Counted from the first letter of the stretch, positions 1 through 10,289 are shown. The stretch is DNA of 64,000 nucleotides from Acidimicrobiales bacterium mtb01 (GCA_004379135.1 NBNI01000006.1:249160-313159); one strand, 5' to 3'. The notes: generated by a model not told the origin, from the sequence alone. Numbers and translations are program-made.

Positions 1-1052
1 ACCGGCCAGTGGTAGAGGTACAGACCGTACGACCGTTCGCCGATCGCGCGCAGCGCCGGATTGCCGAGTGCCCGACCGGTGAACGCGCGCTGATGCGCCA
101 CGGCCGAGATGAGCATCACCGTGAACAGTCCGGTGAGGAACAGACCACCCCAGAACAGGAGGCGATCGGCGTGCAGACCGTCCTCGCCGCGCAATGTGAG
201 GATGTGCGTTCGCGTGACGAGGAGACCGAGACCGACGAAACCGAGAAGGGCGATCGGGTCCATCAACTTGCCCTTGTTGCGCATGGGCCCACGCAGGAGC
301 GCGAAGGGTCGCCACACGAGTGCGAGTGCGGCCCCGAGCAACAGGCCGGTCGACCGACTGGGAGTGGAGAGATACAACGCGTCGACCTTGCTGATGCACC
401 GGTCGCCGAGCATCCAGTAGGCGTCGGGGGTTTCGGTGCAGAGTCCGATCGGGCCGCGGGGCGCGAGCAGCCCGACGAGCAACGAGATGAAGATCGCGAT
501 GCCGACGAACCACAGCGCGACACGCGGCAGACGATCGCGTCCACGGCGCAGAATCGCTGCCATCACGAGGGGCCACAACAAGTAGAACTGCTCCTCGACC
601 GCAAGCGACCAAAGGTGCCGCAAAGGCGCGAAGTCGTTCACCGCCGTGTAGCCCGCGCCGATCCAGACCTGGAACCAGTTCGAACCATACAGAGCGCCGG
701 CGATCACGTCGCCACGCAGTGCGCCGAGCGCATCGCGTTCGAAGAAGGCCGTCCACACGACCAACAGGAACATCATGACCACGAGTGCCGGAAGCAATCG
801 GCGGGCCCGTCGAGCCCAGAAGCCGCGCAGGCTCAGGGTGTCGGTGCGCTCGTGTTCGGCCACGATGAGCAACGTGATGAGATAACCGCTGATGACGAAG
901 AAGACTTCGACGCCGAGGAATCCACCCGGGAGCCAGTCGGAATTCGCGTGGTACACGATCACCGCGAGCACCGCGAGAGCGCGCAAACCGTCGAGCCCGG
1001 GCAGGTACGGGACCCGACTGATCTGTTGCGAACGTGAGCCCGACGCGGTCAT
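1..1052 (-). CDS. acyltransferase family 3 (OafA/YrhL-like membrane acyltransferase); C-terminal part runs off the window
   Basis: Missing from the ORF track because it is open to the window edge. My reverse-strand translation from the ATG (complement of 1050-1052) reads MTASGSRSQQISRVPYLPGLDGLRALAVLAVIVYHA...VFFVISGYLIT...LRHLWSLAVEEQFYLLWPLV, which are the hallmark acyltransferase_3 motifs. The + strand ORF 9..1037 is R/E/D-rich antisense noise. Confidence 0.8.
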   Translation of the reverse strand, partial: MTASGSRSQQISRVPYLPGLDGLRALAVLAVIVYHANSDWLPGGFLGVEVFFVISGYLITLLIVAEHERTDTLSLRGFWARRARRLLPALVVMMFLLVVWTAFFERDALGALRGDVIAGALYGSNWFQVWIGAGYTAVNDFAPLRHLWSLAVEEQFYLLWPLVMAAILRRGRDRLPRVALWFVGIAIFISLLVGLLAPRGPIGLCTETPDAYWMLGDRCISKVDALYLSTPSRSTGLLLGAALALVWRPFALLRGPMRNKGKLMDPIALLGFVGLGLLVTRTHILTLRGEDGLHADRLLFWGGLFLTGLFTVMLISAVAHQRAFTGRALGNPALRAIGERSYGLYLYHWP

Positions 1053-1091
1053 GCGTGTTTCAGTCTGCCGAACCGCGTGGTCGGCGAGCGG

Positions 1092-1952
1092 TCAACCCTT
1101 CACCGGAAGGTCGAGATTGGCGTAGATCTCGCGCGTGGCCGTGCTGCGATTGAGCGTGTAGAAGTGGAGACCTGGTGCACCCGCCTCGAGGAGACGCGCG
1201 CACAGATCGGTGGCCACGTCGACGCCCACACGGCGAACGTCGTCCGGGTCGTCGACTTCGTTCAGGCTTTCGGCGAGCCACGTGGGAAACGCCGTGCCCG
1301 AGAGTTGTGCCATGCGCACGATCTGCGACTTGTTGGTGACGGGCATGATGCCGGGGATCACCGGTTTGGTGACACCGAGCGCGGCGAGTTCGTCGACGAG
1401 ACGAATGTAGGTCTCGGCTTCGAAGAAGAACTGCGTGATCGCGAAATCGGCCCGGTGCAACTTCTCGGCGAGGTGGTGGCGATCGGATTCGCGATTCGGC
1501 GAACGCGGGTGGATCTCGGGGTGGGCGGCCACGCCGACCGAGAAGCGACCGGATGCGAGAACGTCGTCGAGGAGATCGGACGCGTAGGTGTAATCGCTCG
1601 GCTCGGCCGATCCGTCGGCCGGCGCGTCGCCACCGAGCGCGAGGATGTTCTGCACATCGGACGTCGCGTACGTGTCGAGAATTTCCGCGATCTCCGAACG
1701 ACGGTGCCCTTGGCACGTGAGATGCGCCATCGGATTGATACTCGTTTCCTGTCGGATCCACTGCACCAACTGCTGGGTGCGTAGACGCGTGCTGCCAGCC
1801 GCTCCGTAAGTGATGCTCACGAAGCTCGGTGACAGGGATTCGAGTTCGGCGATGGTGCGACCCAACGTGAGCTGGGCCATGTCGGTCTTCGGGGGGAAGA
1901 ACTCGAACGAGAACGTGCGGCCAGCAGCGATGAGATCAGCGATACGAGCCAC
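1092..1952 (-). CDS. metF: 5,10-methylenetetrahydrofolate reductase
   Basis: 286-aa ORF. It has [26 protein letters not shown] and FAITQFFF motifs typical of the MetF family. Confidence 0.92.
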   Translation of the reverse strand: MARIADLIAAGRTFSFEFFPPKTDMAQLTLGRTIAELESLSPSFVSITYGAAGSTRLRTQQLVQWIRQETSINPMAHLTCQGHRRSEIAEILDTYATSDVQNILALGGDAPADGSAEPSDYTYASDLLDDVLASGRFSVGVAAHPEIHPRSPNRESDRHHLAEKLHRADFAITQFFFEAETYIRLVDELAALGVTKPVIPGIMPVTNKSQIVRMAQLSGTAFPTWLAESLNEVDDPDDVRRVGVDVATDLCARLLEAGAPGLHFYTLNRSTATREIYANLDLPVKG

Positions 1953-1972
1953 GATCGAATTCTACGCGTGGA

Positions 1973-3475
1973 TCAGTGGCGGAAGTGGCGGTGGCCCGTG
2001 AAGATCATCGCGATGCCGTGTTCGTCGGCGGCCGCGATCACTTCATCGTCGCGAACACTGCCACCCGGCTGGATGACGCATGAGGCCCCGGCCGCGGCCA
2101 CGGCGTCGAGTCCGTCGCGGAATGGGAAGAAGGCGTCGCTGGCGCACACCGAACCCTTCGCTCGTGCGGCCGCGCGTTCGACCGCGATGCGCGCCGAATC
2201 GAGACGGTTCTGCTGGCCCGCTCCGATTCCGACCGCGCATCCGCCGTTGACGAGCACGATGGCGTTCGAACTGACGGCCGACACGACTTGCCACGCCACG
2301 TCGATGTCGCTCCACTGAGACGGCGCTGGTTGCACTTTCGTGACCACTCGCCACGCACCGTGATCGATGGTCGCCTGATCGGGTGTCTGCACGAGGAGGC
2401 CGCCGTCGATGGAGCGCACGTCGAGACGCCGTCCGCGCGGAGCCGTTCCGCTGATGGTGCGCAGGTTCTTCTTCTCCGAGAGCACAGCCAGGGCGTCGGC
2501 ATCGAACGAAGGCGCCACCACCACTTCGGTGAACACCGGGGCCAACGCGGTCGCCATTGCGAGCGAGACGGGGCGATTGACCGCAACGATTCCGCCGAAT
2601 GCACTCACCGGATCGCACTCGTTCGCGGCGCGATACGCATCGACGATCGCCGCGTCGGGCCCGTCGACCACCGCGACACCGCACGGATTGGCGTGCTTGA
2701 CGATCACACAAGCCGGCGAGGGGAAGCGATTGACGAGCGACCACGCCGCCTCGGTGTCGTAGACGTTGAGGTAGCTGAGTTCCTTGCCGCCGTGCTGAAC
2801 CGCGTCATCCCACCAGCCGCGCTCGCCGGCCCATCGATACCGCGCACCCGCCTGATGCGGGTTCTCGCCGTAGCGCAGCGACTGCGCCTTCTCGGCCGCG
2901 AAGATCAACGAGTCGGGTAGGTCGGCACCGTCGCTCATCCACGTCGCGATTCCCGCGTCGTATTCGGCGGTGGCGCGGAACGCGTCCGCGGCCAATTCGC
3001 GACGGGTGGCCGCACTCACTCCACCGGTGTTCGCGATCTCAGCGGCAACTCGCGAGTAATCATCGGGTCGAACGACGACCGCGACATGCGCGTGATTCTT
3101 GGCCGCGCCGCGAACCATCGCCGGACCACCCACGTCGATGAGTTCGATCGACGGCTGCGACGCGAACGGATAGAGATTCACCACCACCAACGAGATCGGT
3201 TCGATGCCGAGGCGCTCGAGATCGGCGCGGTGCTCGGCATCGTCTAGATCGGCGAGGATTCCGCCGTGGATGGCTGGATGAAGCGTGACGACGCGGTGGC
3301 CGAGAATCGCCTCGAACCCCGTGATGGTGGCGACGTCGGTGACCTCGACGCCCGCCTCCGACAGCACACGCGCGGTTCCGCCGCTCGACAGGATCTTCCA
3401 ACCCGCCCGATGCAACGACGATGCGAAGTCGACGACTCCGGTCTTGTCGTACACGCTGATCAGCGCCGTGGGCAC
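1973..3475 (-). CDS. purH: bifunctional AICAR transformylase / IMP cyclohydrolase
   Basis: 500 aa. The N-terminal MGS-like domain reads [10 protein letters not shown]...SSGGTA. AICARFT motifs KHANPCG and [10 protein letters not shown] are present. GTG start; only 20 nt upstream of metF. Confidence 0.95.
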   Translation of the reverse strand: MPTALISVYDKTGVVDFASSLHRAGWKILSSGGTARVLSEAGVEVTDVATITGFEAILGHRVVTLHPAIHGGILADLDDAEHRADLERLGIEPISLVVVNLYPFASQPSIELIDVGGPAMVRGAAKNHAHVAVVVRPDDYSRVAAEIANTGGVSAATRRELAADAFRATAEYDAGIATWMSDGADLPDSLIFAAEKAQSLRYGENPHQAGARYRWAGERGWWDDAVQHGGKELSYLNVYDTEAAWSLVNRFPSPACVIVKHANPCGVAVVDGPDAAIVDAYRAANECDPVSAFGGIVAVNRPVSLAMATALAPVFTEVVVAPSFDADALAVLSEKKNLRTISGTAPRGRRLDVRSIDGGLLVQTPDQATIDHGAWRVVTKVQPAPSQWSDIDVAWQVVSAVSSNAIVLVNGGCAVGIGAGQQNRLDSARIAVERAAARAKGSVCASDAFFPFRDGLDAVAAAGASCVIQPGGSVRDDEVIAAADEHGIAMIFTGHRHFRH

Positions 3476-3617
3476 GACGAAACCCTAACCAGACGTTTCG
3501 ACGTTCTCACGAGGAGATACGAGGTCGACGCGACGAGCGACCCCGGGAACCTTCACGGAAGTGCGGGAATCTGGTGCGACTTCGTCACCTATGCGGTGAC
3601 TTTCAGTCACCAGATTC

Positions 3618-4517
3618 TCAGTTGAGAGAGGCGATGATCTCGGCCATGAGGGTGCCGGCCTCGGTGGGGTTCTGACCCACCTTCACACCGGCGGCCCGCA
3701 ACGCATCCATCTTGCCCTGCGCCGTCCCCTTGCCACCCGACACGATCGCCCCGGCGTGGCCCATCTTCTTGCCCGGAGGCGCGGTCACACCGGCGATGTA
3801 CGCGCTCATCGGCTTCGTCACATTCGCCTTGATGAAGTCGGCCGCTTCCTCCTCGGCCGAACCACCGATTTCGCCGATCATGATGATCGCGTGCGTCTCG
3901 GGATCGGCCTGGAATTCGCGAAGGCAGTCGATGAAGTTGGTGCCCGGCACCGGGTCGCCACCGATGCCCACGCACGTGCTCACGCCGATGCCGCGCTGCT
4001 TCAACTCGTACAACGCCTGATACGTCAGGGTTCCGGAACGGCTCACGATGCCAACGTTCTTCTTGCTCGTGCTCGGCAACTCGGCGATCTCGCCGGCGGT
4101 GATGCCGATGTTGCACTTGCCTGGGCTGATGATGCCGGGGCAATTGGGTCCGAGCAGTCGCGTGTTGGGGTAGTCGCGCACGAGCGTGTTGTAGACCCGG
4201 GCTTCGTCTTGCGCCGGGATGCCTTCCGTGATGCACACGATGAAGCGGATGCCCACCGCGGCGGCTTCGAGAATGGCCGCGGAAGCCGCCTTGGGCGGCA
4301 CGGCGATGAACGACGCGTCGGCGCCGGTGGCCTTCACGGCCTCGGCCACGGTGTTGAACACCGGGATGCCCTCGACATCGGTGCCGCCCTTGCCCGGCGT
4401 GACACCGCCCACGACTTGAGTGCCGTACGCCTTGTTGCGCAGACCGTGGTACTTGCCCTGGCCTCCGGTGAGGCCCTGCACGATGACCTTGGTGTTCTGG
4501 TTCACGAAGATGGCCAT
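3618..4517 (-). CDS. sucD: succinyl-CoA synthetase alpha subunit
   Basis: 299 aa. CoA-binding motif [12 protein letters not shown] and phosphohistidine loop [15 protein letters not shown]. Confidence 0.95.
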   Translation of the reverse strand: MAIFVNQNTKVIVQGLTGGQGKYHGLRNKAYGTQVVGGVTPGKGGTDVEGIPVFNTVAEAVKATGADASFIAVPPKAASAAILEAAAVGIRFIVCITEGIPAQDEARVYNTLVRDYPNTRLLGPNCPGIISPGKCNIGITAGEIAELPSTSKKNVGIVSRSGTLTYQALYELKQRGIGVSTCVGIGGDPVPGTNFIDCLREFQADPETHAIIMIGEIGGSAEEEAADFIKANVTKPMSAYIAGVTAPPGKKMGHAGAIVSGGKGTAQGKMDALRAAGVKVGQNPTEAGTLMAEIIASLN

Positions 4518-4521
4518 GACT

Positions 4522-5673
4522 TCACTTCCCGTTGGCGATGGCGACGGCGGCCTGAGCCGCTTCGAGCATGGTGGGCTTGGACTTGAGAATCGACTCGGGG
4601 ATACCGGCGTTCTTCAGGATCTCGCGACCCTGTTCGGCGTTGGTTCCATCGAGACGGATGATCATCGGCGCGCGCAGTTTCACGCGACCGACCGCTTCGA
4701 CGATTCCCTTGGCCACTTCTTCGCCGCGTGTAATGCCGCCGAAGATGTTGATGAAGATCGACTTCACGTTCTGGTCGAAGTTGATGACCTCGAGCGCGGC
4801 CGCCATCACGTCGGCGTTGGCACCGCCGCCGATGTCGAGGAAGTTGGCCGCCTGGCCACCCACCTGGTTGACCACGTCGAGCGTGCTCATGGCCAGACCG
4901 GCGCCATTGGCGATGATTCCGACCGAACCCTCGAGGCCGATGTACTGCAGATCGTGGGTTCTAGCGAGTTGCTCACGCGCGTCGAGTTCTTCGGTGGCGC
5001 GGTACTCCTCCCACTCGGGGTGGCGGAACGACGCGTTGTTGTCGAGGCTCACCTTGGCGTCGAGGGCGTGCACTTCGCCGGTGGGCTTCAGGATGAGCGG
5101 ATTGATTTCAGCGAGGTCGCAGTCACCCTCGGTGAAGCAGCGGTACAGCTGAACGAGGATCTTGGCCACGCCATCGACCGCCTTGGCCGGAATGCGCGCG
5201 TCGACCGCGGCCTGGCGTGCGGTGGCCTCCGAGATGCCGTCGACCGGATCGATGTGCAACTTCACGATGGCCGTGGGGTCCTTGGCGGCCACGTCTTCGA
5301 TATCGACACCACCCTGAGCCGAGAGCATCAGCAAATGCTTCTTGGCCGAACGGTCGAGCGTGTACGACGCGTAGTACTCCTCGGCGATGTCGCTCGCGTG
5401 CTCGACCCACAGCCGCTTCACCACGTGACCCTTGATGTCCATGCCGAGGATGTTCCCGGCGTGGAGACGCACCTCGTCGACGTTGTTGGCCAACTTGATG
5501 CCGCCGGCCTTGCCGCGTCCGCCCACTTGCACCTGCGCCTTCACGACGACCGGGAAGCCGGCCGCATTGGCAACTTCCACGGCTTCGTCGACCGTGTCGG
5601 CGGCGCCGCCGGGGCTGACGGGAATGTCGAAGCGGGCGAAGTACTGCTTGCCCTGGTATTCGAACAGGTCCAT
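4522..5673 (-). CDS. sucC: succinyl-CoA synthetase beta subunit
   Basis: 383 aa with an ATP-grasp N-terminus MDLFEYQGK. The C-terminal ligase-CoA domain reads [10 protein letters not shown]. There is a 4-nt gap to sucD. Confidence 0.95.
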   Translation of the reverse strand: MDLFEYQGKQYFARFDIPVSPGGAADTVDEAVEVANAAGFPVVVKAQVQVGGRGKAGGIKLANNVDEVRLHAGNILGMDIKGHVVKRLWVEHASDIAEEYYASYTLDRSAKKHLLMLSAQGGVDIEDVAAKDPTAIVKLHIDPVDGISEATARQAAVDARIPAKAVDGVAKILVQLYRCFTEGDCDLAEINPLILKPTGEVHALDAKVSLDNNASFRHPEWEEYRATEELDAREQLARTHDLQYIGLEGSVGIIANGAGLAMSTLDVVNQVGGQAANFLDIGGGANADVMAAALEVINFDQNVKSIFINIFGGITRGEEVAKGIVEAVGRVKLRAPMIIRLDGTNAEQGREILKNAGIPESILKSKPTMLEAAQAAVAIANGK

Positions 5674-5739
5674 GTTGGAGGATCCTCTTTCTGATCGCGA
5701 TCGATGACGGACGAAGGTGAGCGAGTTGGTGAGTCGGAC

Positions 5740-6195
5740 CTACACGGCGACGGCGTCTTCACGCGCGTCGAGTTCGACTTCGAGCCATTGCGCGATGGCC
5801 TTGAGCGACGAGCCCGGACCGAAGATCTCGGCCACGCCCTGTTCGCGGAGCGTGCGGGCATCGGCGTCGGGAATCACACCGCCACCGAACACGAGCATGT
5901 CGGCGAGATCGCGCGAGCGCAGTTCTTCCATCACGCGGGGGAAGAGGGTGAGGTGCGCGCCGGAGAGAAGTGACAGGCCGACCGCATCGACATCTTCTTG
6001 GAGAGCGGTTTCGGCGATCTGCTCGGGCGTTTGGTGCAGACCGGTGTAGATGACCTCGAACCCGTGGTCGCGAAGCGCGCGGGTGATGGTCTTGGCCCCG
6101 CGGTCGTGGCCGTCGAGGCCGGGCTTGGCAACGACGATTCGGTAGGGCCGTATCACGGCGGTAGACCCTAGGTCCTGCCCGCTCGGGGCGCACAT
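5740..6195 (-). CDS. cobalamin (B12)-binding domain protein, methylmalonyl-CoA-mutase small-subunit type
   Basis: VAKPGLDGHDRGAKTITRALRDHGFEVIYTGLHQTPEQI carries the DxHxxG B12-binding signature. The start is uncertain (ATG 6195 or GTG 6156). Confidence 0.85.
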   Translation of the reverse strand: MCAPSGQDLGSTAVIRPYRIVVAKPGLDGHDRGAKTITRALRDHGFEVIYTGLHQTPEQIAETALQEDVDAVGLSLLSGAHLTLFPRVMEELRSRDLADMLVFGGGVIPDADARTLREQGVAEIFGPGSSLKAIAQWLEVELDAREDAVAV

Positions 6196-6250
6196 TTCGC
6201 CCCGAGCAGGCCGTCGACCTGCGCCCCACCGCGAACGCAGGTCGACGCGG

Positions 6251-6913
6251 TCAGTTGGCGCGCAGGATCGCGCCGCCGAACGAGCCGCCGTCCGAGTTGG
6301 CAGCCATCAAGCGGACGACCTGTCCACCCCGGATGATCGCGATCAGGCCATCCGAATCGGCGGCCGTGATCACCTCGAGGGCGTCGTCGGTCGGGATAGT
6401 TGCGGTCTCGTCAATCACGGTCTCAACGACGCCGAGCCCGGTCACCACCGGCTCGAAGCCGGAGTCCCGGCTGTCACGCTGGCCCGAGGTCTCATTGGTC
6501 GAGTTGCCCTCACCATTCGACGACGGCTGGTTCTTGCCGGTCTGGTCGTTGCCGGTCTGGTCGTTGCCGGTCTGGTCGCGGCCCGAGTCCTCGGATGAAT
6601 CGCTCGCGTCATCACCCGCATCGTTCCCGGAATCGCTGGGCTCGCTCTGGTGGGTGTGGTCGCCGTGGCCGTAGCCATGGCCGTTGCCATGATCCTCGTG
6701 ACCGCGGCCGCGGCCGGGGTTCTCGTCTTCGTCGTGGCCGCGAACCGCGTCGGGGTTCGGATGGCCCTTCTCCTCGTGGGCCTCCTGGCTGCGGTTCGAT
6801 GACCTCTCGGCTCCGTTGCTCGCGGCGGCACCCGACATCCCGGCGCCGAGAACGACGGCGGTGGCAGCGGTGAGGGCGAGAGCCAGGCGGAGGGGGCGGC
6901 GGTTGATCTTCAC
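6251..6913 (-). CDS. secreted His/Asp/Gly-rich protein (possible metal-binding); function unknown
   Basis: C-terminal 220 aa of ORF 6251..7255, starting at GTG 6913 with AAGGA 7 nt upstream. The signal-peptide-like N-terminus is VKINRRPLRLALALTAATAVVLGAGMSGAAAS. A His-rich block reads HEDHGNGHGYGHGDHTH, followed by a DQTGN triple repeat. Confidence 0.65.
   Translation of the reverse strand: MKINRRPLRLALALTAATAVVLGAGMSGAAASNGAERSSNRSQEAHEEKGHPNPDAVRGHDEDENPGRGRGHEDHGNGHGYGHGDHTHQSEPSDSGNDAGDDASDSSEDSGRDQTGNDQTGNDQTGKNQPSSNGEGNSTNETSGQRDSRDSGFEPVVTGLGVVETVIDETATIPTDDALEVITAADSDGLIAIIRGGQVVRLMAANSDGGSFGGAILRAN
6536..6580. repeat. 15-bp tandem repeat x3 (gccggtctggtcgtt) inside the His-rich gene
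   Basis: Direct reading: two identical copies, and a third with 2 changes at its 3' end. They encode DQTGN-DQTGN-DQTGK. Confidence 0.9.
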
Positions 6914-7019
6914 GGTGGTTCCTTTCGTTGTGAGCGCCGGTTGCGCTCCCACCGGACAAGAGGCCCCTGGCACACGGTCCTCGCAAAAACTTCGGAAACT
7001 TCTTGGGCAGACTTGGAGG

Positions 7020-7520
7020 GTGCGCCGCCCCGAGTTCCGAACCCCCCTGGCCCGGGCCGTGGCCCCGGTGGCGGCCGGCCTCGGTTTCTTCGCCCTGCTC
7101 GGCCTCCTGCTCTGGGGAATCGCCTCCTTGATGGCCGGTGAACAGGCCCAGACCACCACGTTCACCCCCGATCGGCTGCAGGTCGGTTCGATCACCCGCT
7201 GGGCCGAATCGATCGACACCGACGGGCCCGTGCTCTTCCCGGGACTGGGCACCACGTCGGGCGAGCGGACCCTGGTGCTCGATCACAACGGCACCAACGT
7301 CGAGAAGGGCTGGGTCGTCTACTACGCCTATCCCGCCGACCGCGGCCCCGAGTGCGCGGTCGAACAGGTGGAGGGCACCGACGATTTCGTCGACTGCGAC
7401 GGTCGCACACTCGACGTGACCGAGTTGTCACCGCCCACCAACGGCGAATACCCGATCGTCGAGGATCGCAAGACGGTCTTCATCGACCTCGGCGAACGGC
7501 CGGGCGATACGACTCCTTGA
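7020..7520 (+). CDS. membrane-anchored hypothetical protein
   Basis: 3' part of ORF 6816..7520; the upstream part overlaps the divergent His-rich gene. One hydrophobic helix (AVAPVAAGLGFFALLGLLLWGIASLMAG) precedes a soluble domain. The start is approximate: GTG 7020 lies directly after GGAGG. Confidence 0.5.
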   Translation: MRRPEFRTPLARAVAPVAAGLGFFALLGLLLWGIASLMAGEQAQTTTFTPDRLQVGSITRWAESIDTDGPVLFPGLGTTSGERTLVLDHNGTNVEKGWVVYYAYPADRGPECAVEQVEGTDDFVDCDGRTLDVTELSPPTNGEYPIVEDRKTVFIDLGERPGDTTP

Positions 7521-7534
7521 GTCAGGGCCGTCAG

Positions 7535-8377
7535 TCAGCGCGGAAACAACCGAGGGAACCACGGACCCGACAACGGTTCGCCCGGTGTCCGCGGATCTTC
7601 GTCACCGAACAACCGTGAGAAATCGGGCGAGCACGTCCACTCGCGAGGCGCGTACACCATGTCGTCGCCGAGAACCCGCAGACTGAACACGCGCCGGTGG
7701 CCGTCGCCCGACACACCCGGAGCCCCGTGCACCGTGAGCATGTGGAACGCGATCGCGTCACCGGGCTCGAGCGACCACGACTTGATGTCGAACATGTCGC
7801 GGTTGGCGTCGATGTCGGGAAGTTCGCCGAGCGAACCCTCGGGAAACCACTTCGCTTCCTTCGTGAGGAACGACCGCGGCATGAGCCACGGACCGTGGTG
7901 TGTTCCGGACACCAACTCGAGGCACGACGCCACGTTCACCGGGTCGACCGGAATCCAGAAACTCACGTTCTGGCGTCCTTCGACGTCGTAATACGGCTGG
8001 TCCTGGTGCCACGGTGTGCGCTGCCGTGTTCGCGCCTCCTTCACCAGGACGTGATCGTGATACATGCGAATCGTCTTGCTGTCGGTCAACTGCGCGGCCA
8101 CGTCACCGAGGCTCGTCGTCCGCACGAACTCGGCGAAGGCCGCATGCTCGCGCCAGGTGCAGAAGTCCTCGATGAAGAATCCCGGGTCGTCGGGCGAACT
8201 CGCCACCTTGGCTCGCGGACTCGGCGTCGCGAGGACTTCGTCGATGCCCGTCGTGAGGAGTTCGATTTCGTGCGGCGACACCACACCACGCAGAACCACC
8301 GCACCGTCGCGCCGGTACGTCTCGACGTCGGAACGGCTCACGGCGACACGCGATTCCACCTGTTCATTCTGATACAC
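7535..8377 (-). CDS. phytanoyl-CoA dioxygenase (PhyH) family Fe(II)/2-oxoglutarate oxygenase
   Basis: 280 aa. The HxD facial-triad context is WHQDQPYY, with a distal His in AFHMLTVHGAP and a PhyH-like N-terminus YRRDGAVVLRGV. Confidence 0.8.
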   Translation of the reverse strand: MYQNEQVESRVAVSRSDVETYRRDGAVVLRGVVSPHEIELLTTGIDEVLATPSPRAKVASSPDDPGFFIEDFCTWREHAAFAEFVRTTSLGDVAAQLTDSKTIRMYHDHVLVKEARTRQRTPWHQDQPYYDVEGRQNVSFWIPVDPVNVASCLELVSGTHHGPWLMPRSFLTKEAKWFPEGSLGELPDIDANRDMFDIKSWSLEPGDAIAFHMLTVHGAPGVSGDGHRRVFSLRVLGDDMVYAPREWTCSPDFSRLFGDEDPRTPGEPLSGPWFPRLFPR

Positions 8378-8399
8378 GGCGTCTGATACAAGAGAACGC

Positions 8400-8927
8400 G
8401 TGCCCTATACGCCGATCATCGGAACTCTCGGCTACGTGATCGACCGCTCCAACGACTCGGTGCTGCTCGTCCACCGCAACAAGCGGGCCGGCGACGAACA
8501 TCTCGGCAAGTGGAATGGCCTGGGCGGCAAACTCGAACCGGGTGAAGACCTCGCGGCCGGAATGCGCCGCGAACTTCTCGAAGAGGCGCACATCGAGGTT
8601 CATTCGATGGCTCTGCGCGGAACGATCTCGTGGCCGGGGTTCGGAGCCAACGGCGAGGATTGGTTCGGGCCGATCTTCCTGATCGACAAGTGGAAAGGGA
8701 CGCCTCCGGAATCGAACGCCGAGGGCGACCTGGCCTGGATCGCCACCGACCGCATTCGACGCGCGTGCAGCGACGACCCGGCCGAGCGCGACGCGGCCGA
8801 GTTGCCGATGTGGGAGGGCGACCGGTTCTTCCTGCCATTGGTGTTCGACGCCGACCCGCGGCCCTTCCACGGTGTGATGCCGTACGCCCAGGGACGGCCG
8901 GTGTCGTGGACCTTCGAACGCTGGTGA
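8400..8927 (+). CDS. NUDIX hydrolase (MutT-like)
   Basis: 175 aa. The Nudix box is GKWNGLGGKLEPGEDLAAGMRRELLEEAHI. Confidence 0.88.
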   Translation: MPYTPIIGTLGYVIDRSNDSVLLVHRNKRAGDEHLGKWNGLGGKLEPGEDLAAGMRRELLEEAHIEVHSMALRGTISWPGFGANGEDWFGPIFLIDKWKGTPPESNAEGDLAWIATDRIRRACSDDPAERDAAELPMWEGDRFFLPLVFDADPRPFHGVMPYAQGRPVSWTFERW

Positions 8928-8993
8928 ACACCGCCGCTCACACTGATAACGAGCCGCGCGCACACTGACCTCTCTCGCATTCGTTCCCTCTCC

Positions 8994-9251
8994 ATGCCCG
9001 AGAGGAATTCGTTTTGGCGCCGAACGTTCGACGCCGCCCGTTCGCACGGCGACTGGCACCGCGTCGACAAGCTCTACACACGCAACACGGCCGCACAGAT
9101 CGCGAGCGACATCCGACGCGCGCATCTCGACGGACGACGTTCGATTCGGACACAGGGAATCCGACCGGGTGAGCAGTGGGAAGCACGCTGGGCCGACATC
9201 AGAACGGGTGCTCCGGGCGATTGCGAAGTCTGGATCAGGGTCGTGCGCTGA
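8994..9251 (+). CDS. small conserved-motif protein, paralog A (function unknown)
   Basis: 85 aa. It shares the core W-RV--YT--TAAQIASDIR--H...GI-PGE-W-ARW...WI with the convergent ORF 9261..9593. Confidence 0.6.
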   Translation: MPERNSFWRRTFDAARSHGDWHRVDKLYTRNTAAQIASDIRRAHLDGRRSIRTQGIRPGEQWEARWADIRTGAPGDCEVWIRVVR

Positions 9252-9260
9252 GCGCGCGCG

Positions 9261-9593
9261 TCACTTCTGATAGCCGACGAATTTGATCCAGATGGAGAAA
9301 CTGCCCGGCGGGCACTTCTCGTCGGCACCCCATCGCGCGGTCCACAATTCGCCTGGAAGAATGCCCCGAACCCTCAACGTTTCGAGCGGCCGGCGGTGCG
9401 ACGAGCGAATGTCGCTGGCGATCTGAGCGGCGGTGGACGCGGTGTAGAAACGCTGGACGCGAACCCAACGGTTCTGCTCGCGCGCATCGTCGAGAGCGAG
9501 AACCCAGAACGACTGGCGCTGCCAATGCCCGCCGTTGGGCGGCTCTTCGGCGACGACCCGTCGCGACCCTTTCGACTGGCCCCGCTCCGCCAT
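9261..9593 (-). CDS. small conserved-motif protein, paralog B (function unknown)
   Basis: 110 aa. By-eye alignment to 8994..9251 gives about 45 percent identity over about 80 residues, including the identical decapeptide TAAQIASDIR. Confidence 0.65.
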   Translation of the reverse strand: MAERGQSKGSRRVVAEEPPNGGHWQRQSFWVLALDDAREQNRWVRVQRFYTASTAAQIASDIRSSHRRPLETLRVRGILPGELWTARWGADEKCPPGSFSIWIKFVGYQK

Positions 9594-9698
9594 GCATTCA
9601 GTGTCGTCAATCGAGGCACATCTGTCATCACAATCGGTGAGAACCGTCTACACCATTTTCTTAGACGATTAAGAAGGTCGCTCCAGGTGACGGCGACT

Positions 9699-10289
9699 TC
9701 AAGCGGCCGATGCACCTACACCGTTAGTCGCTAGTCGGTACACGACTAAGCGTGCCTTCTCCTGAGCGCGATGAACCCGACGCAACACCGTCGTGTGCGA
9801 CTCGGCGTTGATGTCGGCCACTTCGGAGTAGTTGAGGCCGACCAGACGCGTGCGGCAGAAGTCGCGCTGTTCGTCGGAGGTCATCGTCGACAGAACGGCA
9901 CCGAGGAGTTCGTGACTCTCGATCTCGCCGGTGGGATCGCAACCCGATGTGTGAGAGTCGAGCGACGCGTCGAGTGACGACACCTCTCGGCCACGACGAG
10001 CCCCTGCGCCGCGCTGGGCATCGTTGCTCCGAATGGCATCGACCAATACGGACCGGCGAACGGCCCGCGCGTAGGCGGCGCCATCGGGGTAACGATCGAC
10101 TTCGTGCTTCACGGTCTTCACCAGACGCAGCGACAGCCGCGACACGGCTTCATCGGCCAAGCCGTACGGCAGTTGGCGCGACTCGAACATTACGCGCGCG
10201 GCGGCCAGCGCCTCGCTCACGAAGGCCTCCTCGCGGGCCGTGAACGCGATCCGCTGGGACGGATGGACTCGACGCTTCGACATGCTCAC
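9699..10289 (-). CDS. sigma-70/ECF-like DNA-binding protein (divergent)
   Basis: 196 aa. The region-2-like stretch is AAYARAVRRSVLVDAIRSNDAQRG. The region-4-like HTH is MTSDEQRDFCRTRLVGLNYSEVADINAESHTTVLRRVHRAQEKAR. Confidence 0.55.
   Translation of the reverse strand: MSMSKRRVHPSQRIAFTAREEAFVSEALAAARVMFESRQLPYGLADEAVSRLSLRLVKTVKHEVDRYPDGAAYARAVRRSVLVDAIRSNDAQRGAGARRGREVSSLDASLDSHTSGCDPTGEIESHELLGAVLSTMTSDEQRDFCRTRLVGLNYSEVADINAESHTTVLRRVHRAQEKARLVVYRLATNGVGASAA

Noticed and set aside
9-1037. 342-aa plus-strand ORF at the window start
   Set aside because: It has an R/E/D/H-rich, low-complexity composition typical of antisense frames in high-GC DNA. The opposite strand encodes a convincing acyltransferase_3 protein.
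3476-3617. Possible ZTP (pfl) riboswitch upstream of purH
   Set aside because: I looked for the conserved GGGUCGUGACUGGCG and CCGCCUGGGC elements on the minus strand and did not find them. The region instead contains a long imperfect hairpin (3567-3617) directly after the sucD stop, which is more likely a terminator or stabiliser. A covariance-model scan (Rfam RF01750) would settle it.
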